This document shows positions 28,186-38,922 of a stretch of 60,977 nucleotides of DNA, one piece after another. The position numbers were made by a program, and so were the translations under genes. The notes under the pieces were generated by a model, which saw only the letters and a program-made list of their open reading frames with translations, was not told where the DNA came from and did no database searches. The stretch comes from a bacterium. GTDB lineage: Bacteria > Zhuqueibacterota > Zhuqueibacteria > Oceanimicrobiales > Oceanimicrobiaceae. The stretch spans positions 1 through 60,977 of the forward strand of contig JBHHXT010000008.1 of the NCBI GenBank assembly GCA_046757165.1, given 5' to 3'. Within the stretch, counting starts at the first letter, position 1; each line of letters starts with the position of its first letter.

Positions 28186-28752
28186 ATGTTAACCGAGAGT
28201 GACAACTACTATTTCTCAGAGTTCATGCGGTCTCTGCATCGAATGAGCAGCATATTGACCAAACTCAAGCCGGAAGAGGATAACCAGGCACACCTCGCTG
28301 CCGCATGTGAAGCCGCTCATCGCATAAGGGATCTGGCCATGGTGCACGGCTATGCCGGGGTCGAAAACGTTGCCAACAAATTCTGTCAACAGTTCGGCCA
28401 ATTCACGCACGGAAAGAAGGAGCTGGACGCTCAATTGCTTGAGAAAGTGGAGTCGGGTGTGATGGCCATTAGACGTCTGGCAGAGATAGAAGATTCGGTG
28501 GAAGATCAGATGATAGTCGAGCATCTGAACTGGAGAGCCGAACCCCAAAGCACGCGAGAGATATGTCAAAGCGCCCAGTGGTTTGACAATCGCCAGCTAG
28601 AGCTGTTCCATCACGATGCGAACATTCCTGCGCTCGAGAGCAGACTCGCCATAGACTTCGAGATTCAAGAGTGTGATGCCATTCTGACCGGATCTGAAAA
28701 GCAAATGGCATGGGAATCAAAAAACATGATGTTAGACTTGTTTGACAAGTGA
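28186..28752 (+). CDS. Hpt-like domain protein (His retained)
   Basis: YF.EF..SL..M..L.KL..AAHRIRDLAMVHGY..V..VA. Confidence 0.65.
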   Translation: MLTESDNYYFSEFMRSLHRMSSILTKLKPEEDNQAHLAAACEAAHRIRDLAMVHGYAGVENVANKFCQQFGQFTHGKKELDAQLLEKVESGVMAIRRLAEIEDSVEDQMIVEHLNWRAEPQSTREICQSAQWFDNRQLELFHHDANIPALESRLAIDFEIQECDAILTGSEKQMAWESKNMMLDLFDK

Positions 28753-28780
28753 CCGTTTGATACTCGATCTTGTTTTGGCA

Positions 28781-28813
28781 GGCTGACCTCTTCTGCATGA
28801 GGTTGGCTTTTTT
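28781..28813 (+). terminator. Intrinsic terminator closing the FtsZ-Hpt operon
   Basis: GGCTGACCTC/GAGGTTGGCT stem plus T-run. Confidence 0.7.
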
Positions 28814-28874
28814 GATCTTAGGTGCACCGTGTCTCCGGCAGAAAACCGTTGCGTCTTATCTGGTGATTTAGTAA

Positions 28875-30409
<1,535 letters not shown>

Positions 30410-30410
<1 letters not shown>

Positions 30411-30491
30411 AAAAACGAAACCGGGTTTGCAATCTTGCCGGAATTAGGGGGAGTTACCGGTGTAGATGCGCTAGCCCGGTTTCTTGTTTTT
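30410..30491. terminator. Hairpin between convergent guaB and rpsT
   Basis: GAAACCGGG...CCCGGTTTC flanked by A- and T-runs. Confidence 0.55.
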
Positions 30492-30506
30492 CAGAGATTG
30501 GTAAGC

Positions 30507-30758
30507 CTACATGCTGTCAACATGCAGCGCTAATCTAGACTTTTGATTTGCAGCCTTATTACGATGAATAATACCCTTAGTTACCAACTTGTCCAATAAA
30601 GATTGTGTTTTCGTAAACGCTGAAGCTGCTTCATCCTTGCTTTCGGCCGATAGCACTCTTTTGATCTCCGTCCGCATCATGGACTTGTAGTGCTTGTTGC
30701 GTTGCCTTGATTTTTCACTTCGCCTTATTCTTCGTATCGCGCTCGCGTAATTCGCCAT
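30507..30758 (-). CDS. rpsT: 30S ribosomal protein S20
   Basis: MAN.ASA.RRIR.SEK.R.RN...KS, KG.IH.NKAAN.KSRL. Confidence 0.96.
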   Translation of the reverse strand: MANYASAIRRIRRSEKSRQRNKHYKSMMRTEIKRVLSAESKDEAASAFTKTQSLLDKLVTKGIIHRNKAANQKSRLALHVDSM

Positions 30759-30996
30759 CTTTCGAATCTGCACTCCTTAACTAAATGTTGTTTTTTTAAT
30801 GTTTGCAATATACAAAAATAGATCGCTCTTGTCAATAAAAAAGTGACTTTCGCAGGAACACCCAGGCCAAACTTTTTCTTGACTTTTTAGCAGTTTTGTC
30901 TTATTATCTTACAGTTGCTTCTTCGAGACCGTGTCCTTTTCTCTTCGACTTGCACCTGAGAAAAGTAAGAAATTCCCATTTTGCTGAGGAGGGTTT

Positions 30997-31335
30997 ATGA
31001 AAATCAAAGAACGTATGTTTAACGATGTCGCTATCCTGGAGTTGAGTGGAAAGTTGCTGGGCGGGACGCCAGATTCGCAAGAGTTAAAAGACATGATTTA
31101 TGCGTTGATCAACCAGGGCACGACCAGGGTGGTAGTGGATTTATCTGAGGTGAAACGGATGAACAGTTCTGGTCTCGGTATTTTGATCTCTGCACTTACT
31201 TCTTTGCGAAACAAAAACGGGGATCTCAAGCTTGCCGCCATCGATGAGCTGATGGAGGGAATTCTGGTCATGACAAAGTTGAACACGATCTTTGAAACCT
31301 ACGAAACGGCCGAAGGCGCAGCTAAGAGCTTTTGA
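30997..31335 (+). CDS. STAS-domain anti-sigma factor antagonist
   Basis: VVVDLSEV..MNSSGLG.L, LRN..GDLKLA. Confidence 0.9.
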   Translation: MKIKERMFNDVAILELSGKLLGGTPDSQELKDMIYALINQGTTRVVVDLSEVKRMNSSGLGILISALTSLRNKNGDLKLAAIDELMEGILVMTKLNTIFETYETAEGAAKSF

Positions 31336-31398
31336 GATTGGCAGACAGGACACGACTAATGGGTATTGCAAATCTCATAATGTTGCCAAAGGGAGGTT

Positions 31399-33492
31399 AT
31401 GGTGAAAGAATATACTCCGGAGAACATCAGAAATCTGGCGCTGATTGGTCATGCGACCGTGGGCAAGACCACACTCGCAGAAGCCATGCTCTACTGTGCC
31501 GGGGAGGTCAATCGCCAGGGTAGCGTCGATGAAGGCGCCACGGTCTCCGATTACAATCTCGATGAAATTGAGCGCAAGATTTCCATCAATACTTCCCTTC
31601 TACATTGTCCGTGGAAGCATGCCAAACTCAACCTTCTCGATACCCCAGGATATTCCGATTTCATTGGCGAGATTCACGGCACGCTGCGCGTGACAGACCT
31701 GGCCGTGGTGGTTTTGAATTCTGTCGCCGGTGTAGAAGTCGGAACCGAAAGCGCCTGCAAAATCGCCGCCAACAATAACGTTTCGGCCCTTTTCTTCTTG
31801 AACCGGATGGATAAGGAGCATGCGGATTTTGAGCACTCCTTCTCTGCCATCCAGCAGCGATTCGGCAACAAGGGCGTGCAAATACACCTGCCCATTAACG
31901 CGGGAGAGGGATTTGATACGTTCATCGATGTGCTGGATATGCAGCAGGTGACATACGAGAATAACAGATCCGGTAAGTACTCGACCAGCGACATCCCGGA
32001 GGAGCACAAGGCCAGAGCCGAGGCGTTGCACGAAAAAATCATCGAGATGGCAGCAGAAAGTGACGATGAGCTGCTGGAGAAATTCTTCGAGGAAGGCACC
32101 CTGTCCAGGGAAGAACTCAAGCGCGGGTTACGCGCCGGAGTGGCAAATCGTTCTATCTACCCAGTCCTTTGTGGTGCGGCTGCCTCGAATATCGGGGTTC
32201 AACATTTGATGAATTTCATTGCAGAGTACGGCACTGCTCCGCTTGACCGCGCCCCGGAAATCGCCAAGAAAGCCGGCAACGATGTGGAAGTGGAAGTGAA
32301 GTGCAGCGAAAATGAAGCGCTTTCCATGCTGGTGTTCAAGACGGTTTCTGAGGCCCATATCGGTGAGATGTCCTTTTTCAGAATCATGTCCGGCAAGCTT
32401 TCCGCTGGCACTGAGGTTCAAAACACCTCACGCAGGGTTTCGGAAAAAATCGGTCAGATTTACTTGCTCAATGGCAAGAACCGCAAGGAAATCGGCGTGT
32501 TGAATGCCGGCGATATCGGCGCAACTGTCAAGCTGAGAGACACCCACACCGGCAACACGCTGAGCGACAAGAGAAATCAGATCGTCCTGAAGTCCATCGA
32601 CTTTCCGCCACCTGTTATTCGTATCGCTATTGAGCCGAAATCCAAGGGTGATGAGGAGAAGATATCTGCCGGCCTGCATACCCTGCATGAGCAAGATCCG
32701 ACATTTGTGGCCAGCTACGATGGTGAGCTGAGACAAACCATTATTTCCGGACAGGGCGAGCTGCATCTTGCCATCATCGTAAGAAGATTGAAAGAAAAGT
32801 TCGGTGCCGACGTCAACCTTGTCGAGCCCAGGATTCCCTATCGCGAAACGATCCGGGCTAAAGCCCAGACGCAAGCGAAGTATAAGAAACAGACTGGCGG
32901 CCGCGGCCAGTACGGGGATGTTTGGGTGAAAGTTGAACCCTTACCTGGCGGCTCCGGTTTCGAGTTTGTCAATGCGATAGTCGGGGGCGTCATTCCCGGA
33001 AAGTTCATCCCGGCCGTCGAGAAAGGCATCAGAGAAGCGATGGAAGAGGGGGTACTTGCAGGATATCGGGTGCAGGACGTCAGAGTTTCATTGTACGATG
33101 GCAGCTATCACAACGTTGATTCCTCGGAGATGGCCTTCAAGATCGCAGGGTCGATGGCTTTCAAGAAAGCATTCCTGGAGGCGAAACCGGTTCTCCTCGA
33201 GCCCATTTTCGATGTAGAAGTTATGGTCCCTAAAGATTATATGGGCGATGTCATGGGCGATATCTCGAGCCGCAGAGGAAAAATTTCCGGCATGGATTCG
33301 GAAGGCCCGTTCCAGGTGGTCAAGGCAAAGGTGCCCCTGGCTGAACTCTACAAATACTCGACTTCTCTCCGCTCCATCACCCAGGGGCGTGGCTTGCACC
33401 GCAGGAAATTCTCGCACTACGAGACGGTTCCCAATGATATCACTCAGAAGATCATCGCCGCCGTGCAGGAGGAGAAGGAGAAATCCAAATAA
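31399..33492 (+). CDS. Elongation factor G paralogue (EF-G2-like)
   Basis: Full EF-G domain set with variant G motifs GHATVGKTT, ERKISI, DTPGYSDF; not in the str operon. Confidence 0.9.
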   Translation: MVKEYTPENIRNLALIGHATVGKTTLAEAMLYCAGEVNRQGSVDEGATVSDYNLDEIERKISINTSLLHCPWKHAKLNLLDTPGYSDFIGEIHGTLRVTDLAVVVLNSVAGVEVGTESACKIAANNNVSALFFLNRMDKEHADFEHSFSAIQQRFGNKGVQIHLPINAGEGFDTFIDVLDMQQVTYENNRSGKYSTSDIPEEHKARAEALHEKIIEMAAESDDELLEKFFEEGTLSREELKRGLRAGVANRSIYPVLCGAAASNIGVQHLMNFIAEYGTAPLDRAPEIAKKAGNDVEVEVKCSENEALSMLVFKTVSEAHIGEMSFFRIMSGKLSAGTEVQNTSRRVSEKIGQIYLLNGKNRKEIGVLNAGDIGATVKLRDTHTGNTLSDKRNQIVLKSIDFPPPVIRIAIEPKSKGDEEKISAGLHTLHEQDPTFVASYDGELRQTIISGQGELHLAIIVRRLKEKFGADVNLVEPRIPYRETIRAKAQTQAKYKKQTGGRGQYGDVWVKVEPLPGGSGFEFVNAIVGGVIPGKFIPAVEKGIREAMEEGVLAGYRVQDVRVSLYDGSYHNVDSSEMAFKIAGSMAFKKAFLEAKPVLLEPIFDVEVMVPKDYMGDVMGDISSRRGKISGMDSEGPFQVVKAKVPLAELYKYSTSLRSITQGRGLHRRKFSHYETVPNDITQKIIAAVQEEKEKSK

Positions 33493-33501
33493 TAGGGCCG
33501 G

Positions 33502-34293
33502 TCATTCGTGAATCCGTGATTTTTCTTCTTTCTTGATTTTCTCCCAGATCACGTCCATTTCATCCAGACTCTTTTCGCTCATCTGCTCGCCGCAGCGTTC
33601 AAAATACTGCTCCATCTTCTTAAACCGCCGGCTGAACTTGTCGGTGGTTCTCCGAAGGGCATCTTCCGGGTTCAGGTTGAGAAAGCGGGACAGATTTACC
33701 AATGAAAAAAGCAGGTCACCAAATTCCTCTTCGATTCTTTCATCGCTTTCACCCTGGCATGCAGTCTTCAGTTCGGCCAATTCCTCCGAAATCTTGTCCC
33801 AGACCGGCTCAGGCTGGCGCCAGTCAAATCCAACAGTGGCGGCCTTTTGTTGAATTCGCCACGCTCGCAGCAAAGCCGAGAGCGCTTTTGGTACCCCGTC
33901 GACCGTCGAAGTCTTGCCTTCGGCTCTCTTCATCTTTTCCCAGTTGATGGACTGCTCTCGAGCGGTCTTGATCTCGAGGTCGCCGAAGACGTTCGGATGT
34001 CTGCGAATCAATTTCTCGGCGATGGCGGTAAGGACATCCGAAACATCAAAACTGTTTGTCTCTGAGGCGATTTGTGTGTGAAAGACAATTTGGAGCAAAA
34101 GATCACCGAGCTCCTCTTTCAGGTCGTCGTGGCTGCCATCATCGATTGCCTCCAGCACCTCATAGACTTCTTCAAGCAAATACTGTCGCAGGGATTCGTG
34201 CGTTTGTTCCCTGTCCCAGGGACAACCTGATGGGCTTCGAAGTTTTGCCATGATCTTGACCAGGTGTTGAAATTGTTGACCAACATTTTCCAT
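33502..34293 (-). CDS. mazG: Nucleoside triphosphate pyrophosphohydrolase
   Basis: GCPWDREQT, EEVYEV, EELGDLLLQ, RRHPNVF, EEFGDLLF. Confidence 0.96.
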   Translation of the reverse strand: MENVGQQFQHLVKIMAKLRSPSGCPWDREQTHESLRQYLLEEVYEVLEAIDDGSHDDLKEELGDLLLQIVFHTQIASETNSFDVSDVLTAIAEKLIRRHPNVFGDLEIKTAREQSINWEKMKRAEGKTSTVDGVPKALSALLRAWRIQQKAATVGFDWRQPEPVWDKISEELAELKTACQGESDERIEEEFGDLLFSLVNLSRFLNLNPEDALRRTTDKFSRRFKKMEQYFERCGEQMSEKSLDEMDVIWEKIKKEEKSRIHE

Positions 34294-34578
34294 GTGGCAC
34301 CTTTCATCACGAAATTATCTCCAGGATTGCTGGGCACTAAAAGTGGTTAACGTAAGGATTCTAAGGAGCATTGTCAATCAAAATTGCCCCGGTGCTGGCA
34401 AACCAATTGCCCGGGCAAAAGGCGGTGTAAAATGCTTGACTCTTAGACATTTTTTGAGTATGTTTGACATTGGCTTGATAAGCAACCCAGATGATTCTTT
34501 TTTTTACACAAGAAAGATTTTCCAGAAAACTTTAGCCTTAAGATCTCCTTTGATGGTATAGTCATCAAACAAGATATC

Positions 34579-34866
34579 ATGTTTTTGAAGGATTTTTTTG
34601 CGAAAAGGGAGCCACGCAAGTTTGGCTTTATTCCTTACTATTATCAAAAAGAGGATGAAGAGACCGATGGACCCGGGCCGCGAATCAGGTTCAGACGCAT
34701 TCGGCAGGCAAGGCAGATATCGAATAAATCGGTGCGAAGCCTGGTTCTGCTGGTCGTTTTCCTGCTCTTTTGTCTATTTCTTTTGAGACTGGTTACTAGG
34801 GAAATGCGGACATTTGATATCGAGAGCATCAGGATTGAAGACGTGCCGGGCGATCATAGGCTTTGA
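34579..34866 (+). CDS. Small hypothetical membrane protein
   Basis: PRKFGFIPYYY, basic stretch, single TM; stop overlaps the next start. Confidence 0.65.
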   Translation: MFLKDFFAKREPRKFGFIPYYYQKEDEETDGPGPRIRFRRIRQARQISNKSVRSLVLLVVFLLFCLFLLRLVTREMRTFDIESIRIEDVPGDHRL

Positions 34867-36419
34867 ACCTCAAGTTAGGCTTCTTAGAGAAAGTGCCTCA
34901 ATCTATTCAGCCAAAACATGACGTCAATGTCACCTCGGGCCAACCTGTTTCACCCGATCCCCGACCGGATGACTCCTTACCCAGGTCAGTTTTCGAGCTC
35001 TCTGGCCATCTGTTCGTTTCCTGGTGGCACTCTTTGGTTGAACGATTCCGATTCTTGCCCATCCGCTTCAAGCTGGGGTTGATCATCGGGGCTATTGTGG
35101 TCGTCGTTCTCACGGCTTTCAGTTTGATCATTTTGCAGAGCCAGGAAATGGTGTTGATGAAGCGGATGACGCAAGTGAGCAACGTCCTCATTCGCACGCT
35201 GTCAGAGACGGCTAAAGGGGATCTGCTGTTGCGCCGGCACGACCAGGTCAAGGAGATCGTGTTTCGTTTGAATAATACGAATGTCGAGGGTCTCAAAAGG
35301 GTTGCCATTATCAATCACGAGGGTCAGGTGGTGGCCGGCTTCGACAAAGAAGGGGAAACGATCAAAATTGAGAATCCCAAATCTTTGCTGACACTAAGAA
35401 GATTCACCGCGCTGGAACGCGGTCGCCGCTTCGAGTATTTCAATCCCATCATCTCGGAAATCACGGAAAACAACGAAACTAAACAGGTGACCATTGGGGT
35501 TGCCTATATCGGGTTTTCTAAACGTGCTATCCTGGCACCGATTGAGCAGGCGCGAACGATCGCATTAGTGTCTGCGGTCACGATCACTTTGCTCGCGATA
35601 GTAGGCATCAACCTCGTGGCCAAAAAGATGGCCAATCAGATTCAACTGCTCTCTGAAGGGGCGCGTCAGGTCGGAAGCGGGAATTTAGGTGTAGAAATTT
35701 CCGTCAATTCCAAAGACGAGCTTGGACAACTCGCGGACGAATTCAACAAAATGATTCAGCATCTGCGAGAAAAACTGCAAATGCAGAAGTTTGTGTCGAA
35801 ACTGACGGTGCAGATGATCAAAGATTCGGTGCGAACCGACGGCTCCTGGTCCCGGGCGATCAAGCAAGATGTGGCCGTGCTGTTCTCAGATGTACGGAAT
35901 TTCTCCTCGGTGGCAGAACACCTGGACCCGGGAGAAATCGTCAAACTCATCAACATCTATTTCGACATTCAAACTCGAATTATTGAAAGCCATAGCGGTA
36001 TCGTCGATAAATTCATGGGGGACCAGATCATGGCCATTTTCCAGGGGAAAAACATGGCCGACAATTCGTTGCGCGCTGCAGTCGAAATCCAGAGGCAGAT
36101 TCGATTGATCAACCAACAACGTACGCTGAAAAACAAAACGACTCTGGAAATGGGAATCGGGATAAACAACGGTTCAGCCGTGATGGGAAATATGGGATCT
36201 TCGCAACGAATGGACTACACGGTTATTGGCGATGTCGTCAACGTTGCCGCCCGTTTGTGCTCTGTCGCAAAAACGGGTCAAATCATCACCTCCTATGAGG
36301 TTGCCAGGAAGGTCAACGGCTCCTATCCCACGTCGCGTCTGAAATCGATTTCAGTCAAAGGCCGAAGCCAGAAGATTGAAGTCTGTGAGGTCGACTACGA
36401 CCGCAATATACTGACGTAA
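34863..36419 (+). CDS. Membrane class III adenylate cyclase (2TM-HAMP-cyclase)
   Basis: LFSDVRNFS, DKFMGD, GIGINNG, DYTVIGDVVNVAARL; start uncertain. Confidence 0.93.
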   Translation: MNLKLGFLEKVPQSIQPKHDVNVTSGQPVSPDPRPDDSLPRSVFELSGHLFVSWWHSLVERFRFLPIRFKLGLIIGAIVVVVLTAFSLIILQSQEMVLMKRMTQVSNVLIRTLSETAKGDLLLRRHDQVKEIVFRLNNTNVEGLKRVAIINHEGQVVAGFDKEGETIKIENPKSLLTLRRFTALERGRRFEYFNPIISEITENNETKQVTIGVAYIGFSKRAILAPIEQARTIALVSAVTITLLAIVGINLVAKKMANQIQLLSEGARQVGSGNLGVEISVNSKDELGQLADEFNKMIQHLREKLQMQKFVSKLTVQMIKDSVRTDGSWSRAIKQDVAVLFSDVRNFSSVAEHLDPGEIVKLINIYFDIQTRIIESHSGIVDKFMGDQIMAIFQGKNMADNSLRAAVEIQRQIRLINQQRTLKNKTTLEMGIGINNGSAVMGNMGSSQRMDYTVIGDVVNVAARLCSVAKTGQIITSYEVARKVNGSYPTSRLKSISVKGRSQKIEVCEVDYDRNILT

Positions 36420-36468
36420 GCGGTGTCCATTGCCGCCCTAGGTTTTTTGGCACCGCTCGATTATCATC

Positions 36469-38772
36469 ATGGCCAAACGTCTACTTCTGACCATTCTGCT
36501 TTATCTCTTCCACCCCCCCACTTTGGCTCAACCTCAAACTGAGGCTGATTCTACCTCCACCACCCTGGGGTCAAATGTTTTTGCCCTCGATGGGCGTGCT
36601 GCCGGGCTGGGGGGGTCGCTGGTCGTGCAGGTAAGAGACGCCTCCGCTGTGTTCTGGAACCCTGCCCTGTTGTCTGGTTTGAAGGACCGTTCCCTGCTTC
36701 TGAGCGTTAACGATCCGTTCGAGTTCAACCTTGTGAGTTTTACGCAATTTGTCCCACGGGTTGGCACTTTCGGCGTTAGCCTCACTCGAATCCTGACCTC
36801 GCAGGGCACGGTCGATCGCGGCAACATCGCCTGGGGCCATGAGCTGAACCGCCGCATGTCTACCGGCACCAGCTTCAATTTGGAAAAACACGGTGAGGAG
36901 TGGGCTGGGTCGGCTGGACTCGGTTTTTTTGTCGGCAATCCCAGGATCGGGACGTTGGAAAACCGGTGGCGAACATTCACCCGGGCCAAATTCCCGGATA
37001 GACTCAACTTCGCCTTGATGGTTCGGGATATCCCACTTTACAAAAGCGCCTTTGAGACCTCGGTTCTGCTCGGGCTCAGCTATCTTTTCCCAACGTCTGG
37101 TCTCCTCATCAATAGCGGTTACGACATTCAGGAAGGAGAAAACACCAGTCACCTCGGCTTTGGCCTCGAAGCGAGCAGGAACTTGACCCTCTTTGCCGGT
37201 ATCTCTCAGCTCGAGTTGGACACCTGGGCCGTGGGACTGGGGTACACTCACGACAATTTTGTCTTCAATCTAACCTATTCCTACGCGCTGAAACACTTTC
37301 TGCTAACGCTTTCAGCAAGGATCAGTCCGGATCCGGCCACATTTGCCAGGCCCTATTATGATCGCGGCACTGAGCATGCGAAAGCAGGTAATTACAAACT
37401 GGCCAGTAAGGAGTTCAAGAAGTATCTCGCCTTTGATCTGCTGGATTCGAGATCACGATCCGTTCGGCAACTTGTGGCTCTGCTCGACAGAAGGATTGCC
37501 AGGACAGAGATGAGAGTTGATTCCCTGTTTGCGGTCAGCAAGACACTCCTGGCGCAGGAAGAGCCGCAGTTCTTGCGAGCCGCCCTGATCCTGACCAGGA
37601 TCAAAGAACTGGATCCGACCAACACGGAGGCTGGCAAGCAATTGCTGGCGCTGAAGCCCGCTGTCGACATCTTCGTTAAGAAATCGATCCAGAACGGCAT
37701 CGATAGGTTTGAAGCAAACGACTATGTCACCGCCAGGAAATTGTTTCAGCGGGCGTTGATGTTTGAAAAGAACAACGCCACGGCCAGCTACTACATTTCC
37801 AGCATCGGCAAAATCCTGAGCGATATGGGCAGTGAATATTTTCTGCAGGGCGTCGGCTACTATCAGCAGAAAAACTATGCTCGTGCCAAAACCGAGTTTG
37901 AACGCGCTATCGAATTCAATTCAGACCTGGAGGAGGCACAAAAATACCTGAGACTGACAAAAGAAAAAATCGCGCAACGGGAAGAGAAAGTCACGGAGCT
38001 CCTGCGGCAGGTCAAAGTTCTCGAGCAGCAAGGGAAATCTGTCCAAGCGACCAATGTCTGCCTGAAGGTCCTCGAGCTCGACAAGAACAACCAGCAGGCG
38101 CTGGAGTTCTTGAATCGACTCAGACCGAAAACCGCAAGGTTCGTAAGCCGTGAGTTCGATGAGGCGATGCGCTACTACCAGCAGGGTAATTTGAGCAAAG
38201 CCAGTAAGCTCTTTGCCCACATTCTCTCCATCGATCCCAATCACAGCCGCGCCAAAACCACCTTAGCGAAACTAAGGCAGGAGCAAAAAACAAAACTGGC
38301 GTTTCACCTGGCTCAGGCTGATGGTTTTGCTCAGGCGTCGCAATGGCAGAGGGCATTGGAACACTATTCGAAAGCTCTGACTGTTGAGCCAGGGAATCGT
38401 GAGGCGCTGGCGGGCAGAGACCGGATGCAGATGAAACTACAAATCGCGACCATGTTGGCCAGCGCACAAACCGAGTTCGAGCGGGAAAACTACACCAAAG
38501 CCGTGACTGACTACGAAAGTATTCTGCGGCTCGACCCGGACAACTCTACCGCGAAATTGAATCTCAGGAGCGCCAATCAAAAAATCCAGCAACAAGTTGA
38601 GACCCATTTCAACAAAGGAATCAATCTCTACACCCGGGACAAATATGATGATGCCATCGTGGAGTTCGAACGGGTGTTAGCTCTTGACCCGAATCACAAC
38701 GGGGCCAGGGATTATATTCAACAAGCTGAACAACGACTTACGGCGCTGAGACGAATCCAGCCAAGACAATAG
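36469..38772 (+). CDS. PorV/UPF0164-like outer-membrane beta-barrel fused to a long TPR array
   Basis: Signal peptide; GRAAGLGG...DASAVFWNPA; many TPR units ending L.LDP.N..A. Confidence 0.75.
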   Translation: MAKRLLLTILLYLFHPPTLAQPQTEADSTSTTLGSNVFALDGRAAGLGGSLVVQVRDASAVFWNPALLSGLKDRSLLLSVNDPFEFNLVSFTQFVPRVGTFGVSLTRILTSQGTVDRGNIAWGHELNRRMSTGTSFNLEKHGEEWAGSAGLGFFVGNPRIGTLENRWRTFTRAKFPDRLNFALMVRDIPLYKSAFETSVLLGLSYLFPTSGLLINSGYDIQEGENTSHLGFGLEASRNLTLFAGISQLELDTWAVGLGYTHDNFVFNLTYSYALKHFLLTLSARISPDPATFARPYYDRGTEHAKAGNYKLASKEFKKYLAFDLLDSRSRSVRQLVALLDRRIARTEMRVDSLFAVSKTLLAQEEPQFLRAALILTRIKELDPTNTEAGKQLLALKPAVDIFVKKSIQNGIDRFEANDYVTARKLFQRALMFEKNNATASYYISSIGKILSDMGSEYFLQGVGYYQQKNYARAKTEFERAIEFNSDLEEAQKYLRLTKEKIAQREEKVTELLRQVKVLEQQGKSVQATNVCLKVLELDKNNQQALEFLNRLRPKTARFVSREFDEAMRYYQQGNLSKASKLFAHILSIDPNHSRAKTTLAKLRQEQKTKLAFHLAQADGFAQASQWQRALEHYSKALTVEPGNREALAGRDRMQMKLQIATMLASAQTEFERENYTKAVTDYESILRLDPDNSTAKLNLRSANQKIQQQVETHFNKGINLYTRDKYDDAIVEFERVLALDPNHNGARDYIQQAEQRLTALRRIQPRQ

Positions 38773-38922
38773 TATGCTGACGGCAAAAAAACGGATTAGA
38801 TCTCGCTTGCACTTTTTGCTGGATTTTTAGTCGGAATTTTCGCACATTGCAGTCTTGTTAGAATGACGAAAGGCGCCCTTGCAAAAACAAGAGGTTAGCA
38901 TTTACACACTGAGTTTGATGTC

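Noticed and set aside
14954..28752. Signalling/FtsZ locus as a recently acquired genomic island or prophage
   Set aside because: No integrase, transposase, phage gene or flanking direct repeat seen. Parts look somewhat AT-richer, but spot counts were inconsistent and I cannot compute a reliable profile.
24384..28752. Chemotaxis (che) cluster suggested by CheA-P1-like domains
   Set aside because: No CheA kinase core, CheW, MCP, CheB or CheR in the window.
34396..34430. c-di-GMP-I riboswitch suggested by GGCAAACC
   Set aside because: Lacks the GAAA-capped stem and the downstream GACGCAAA element.
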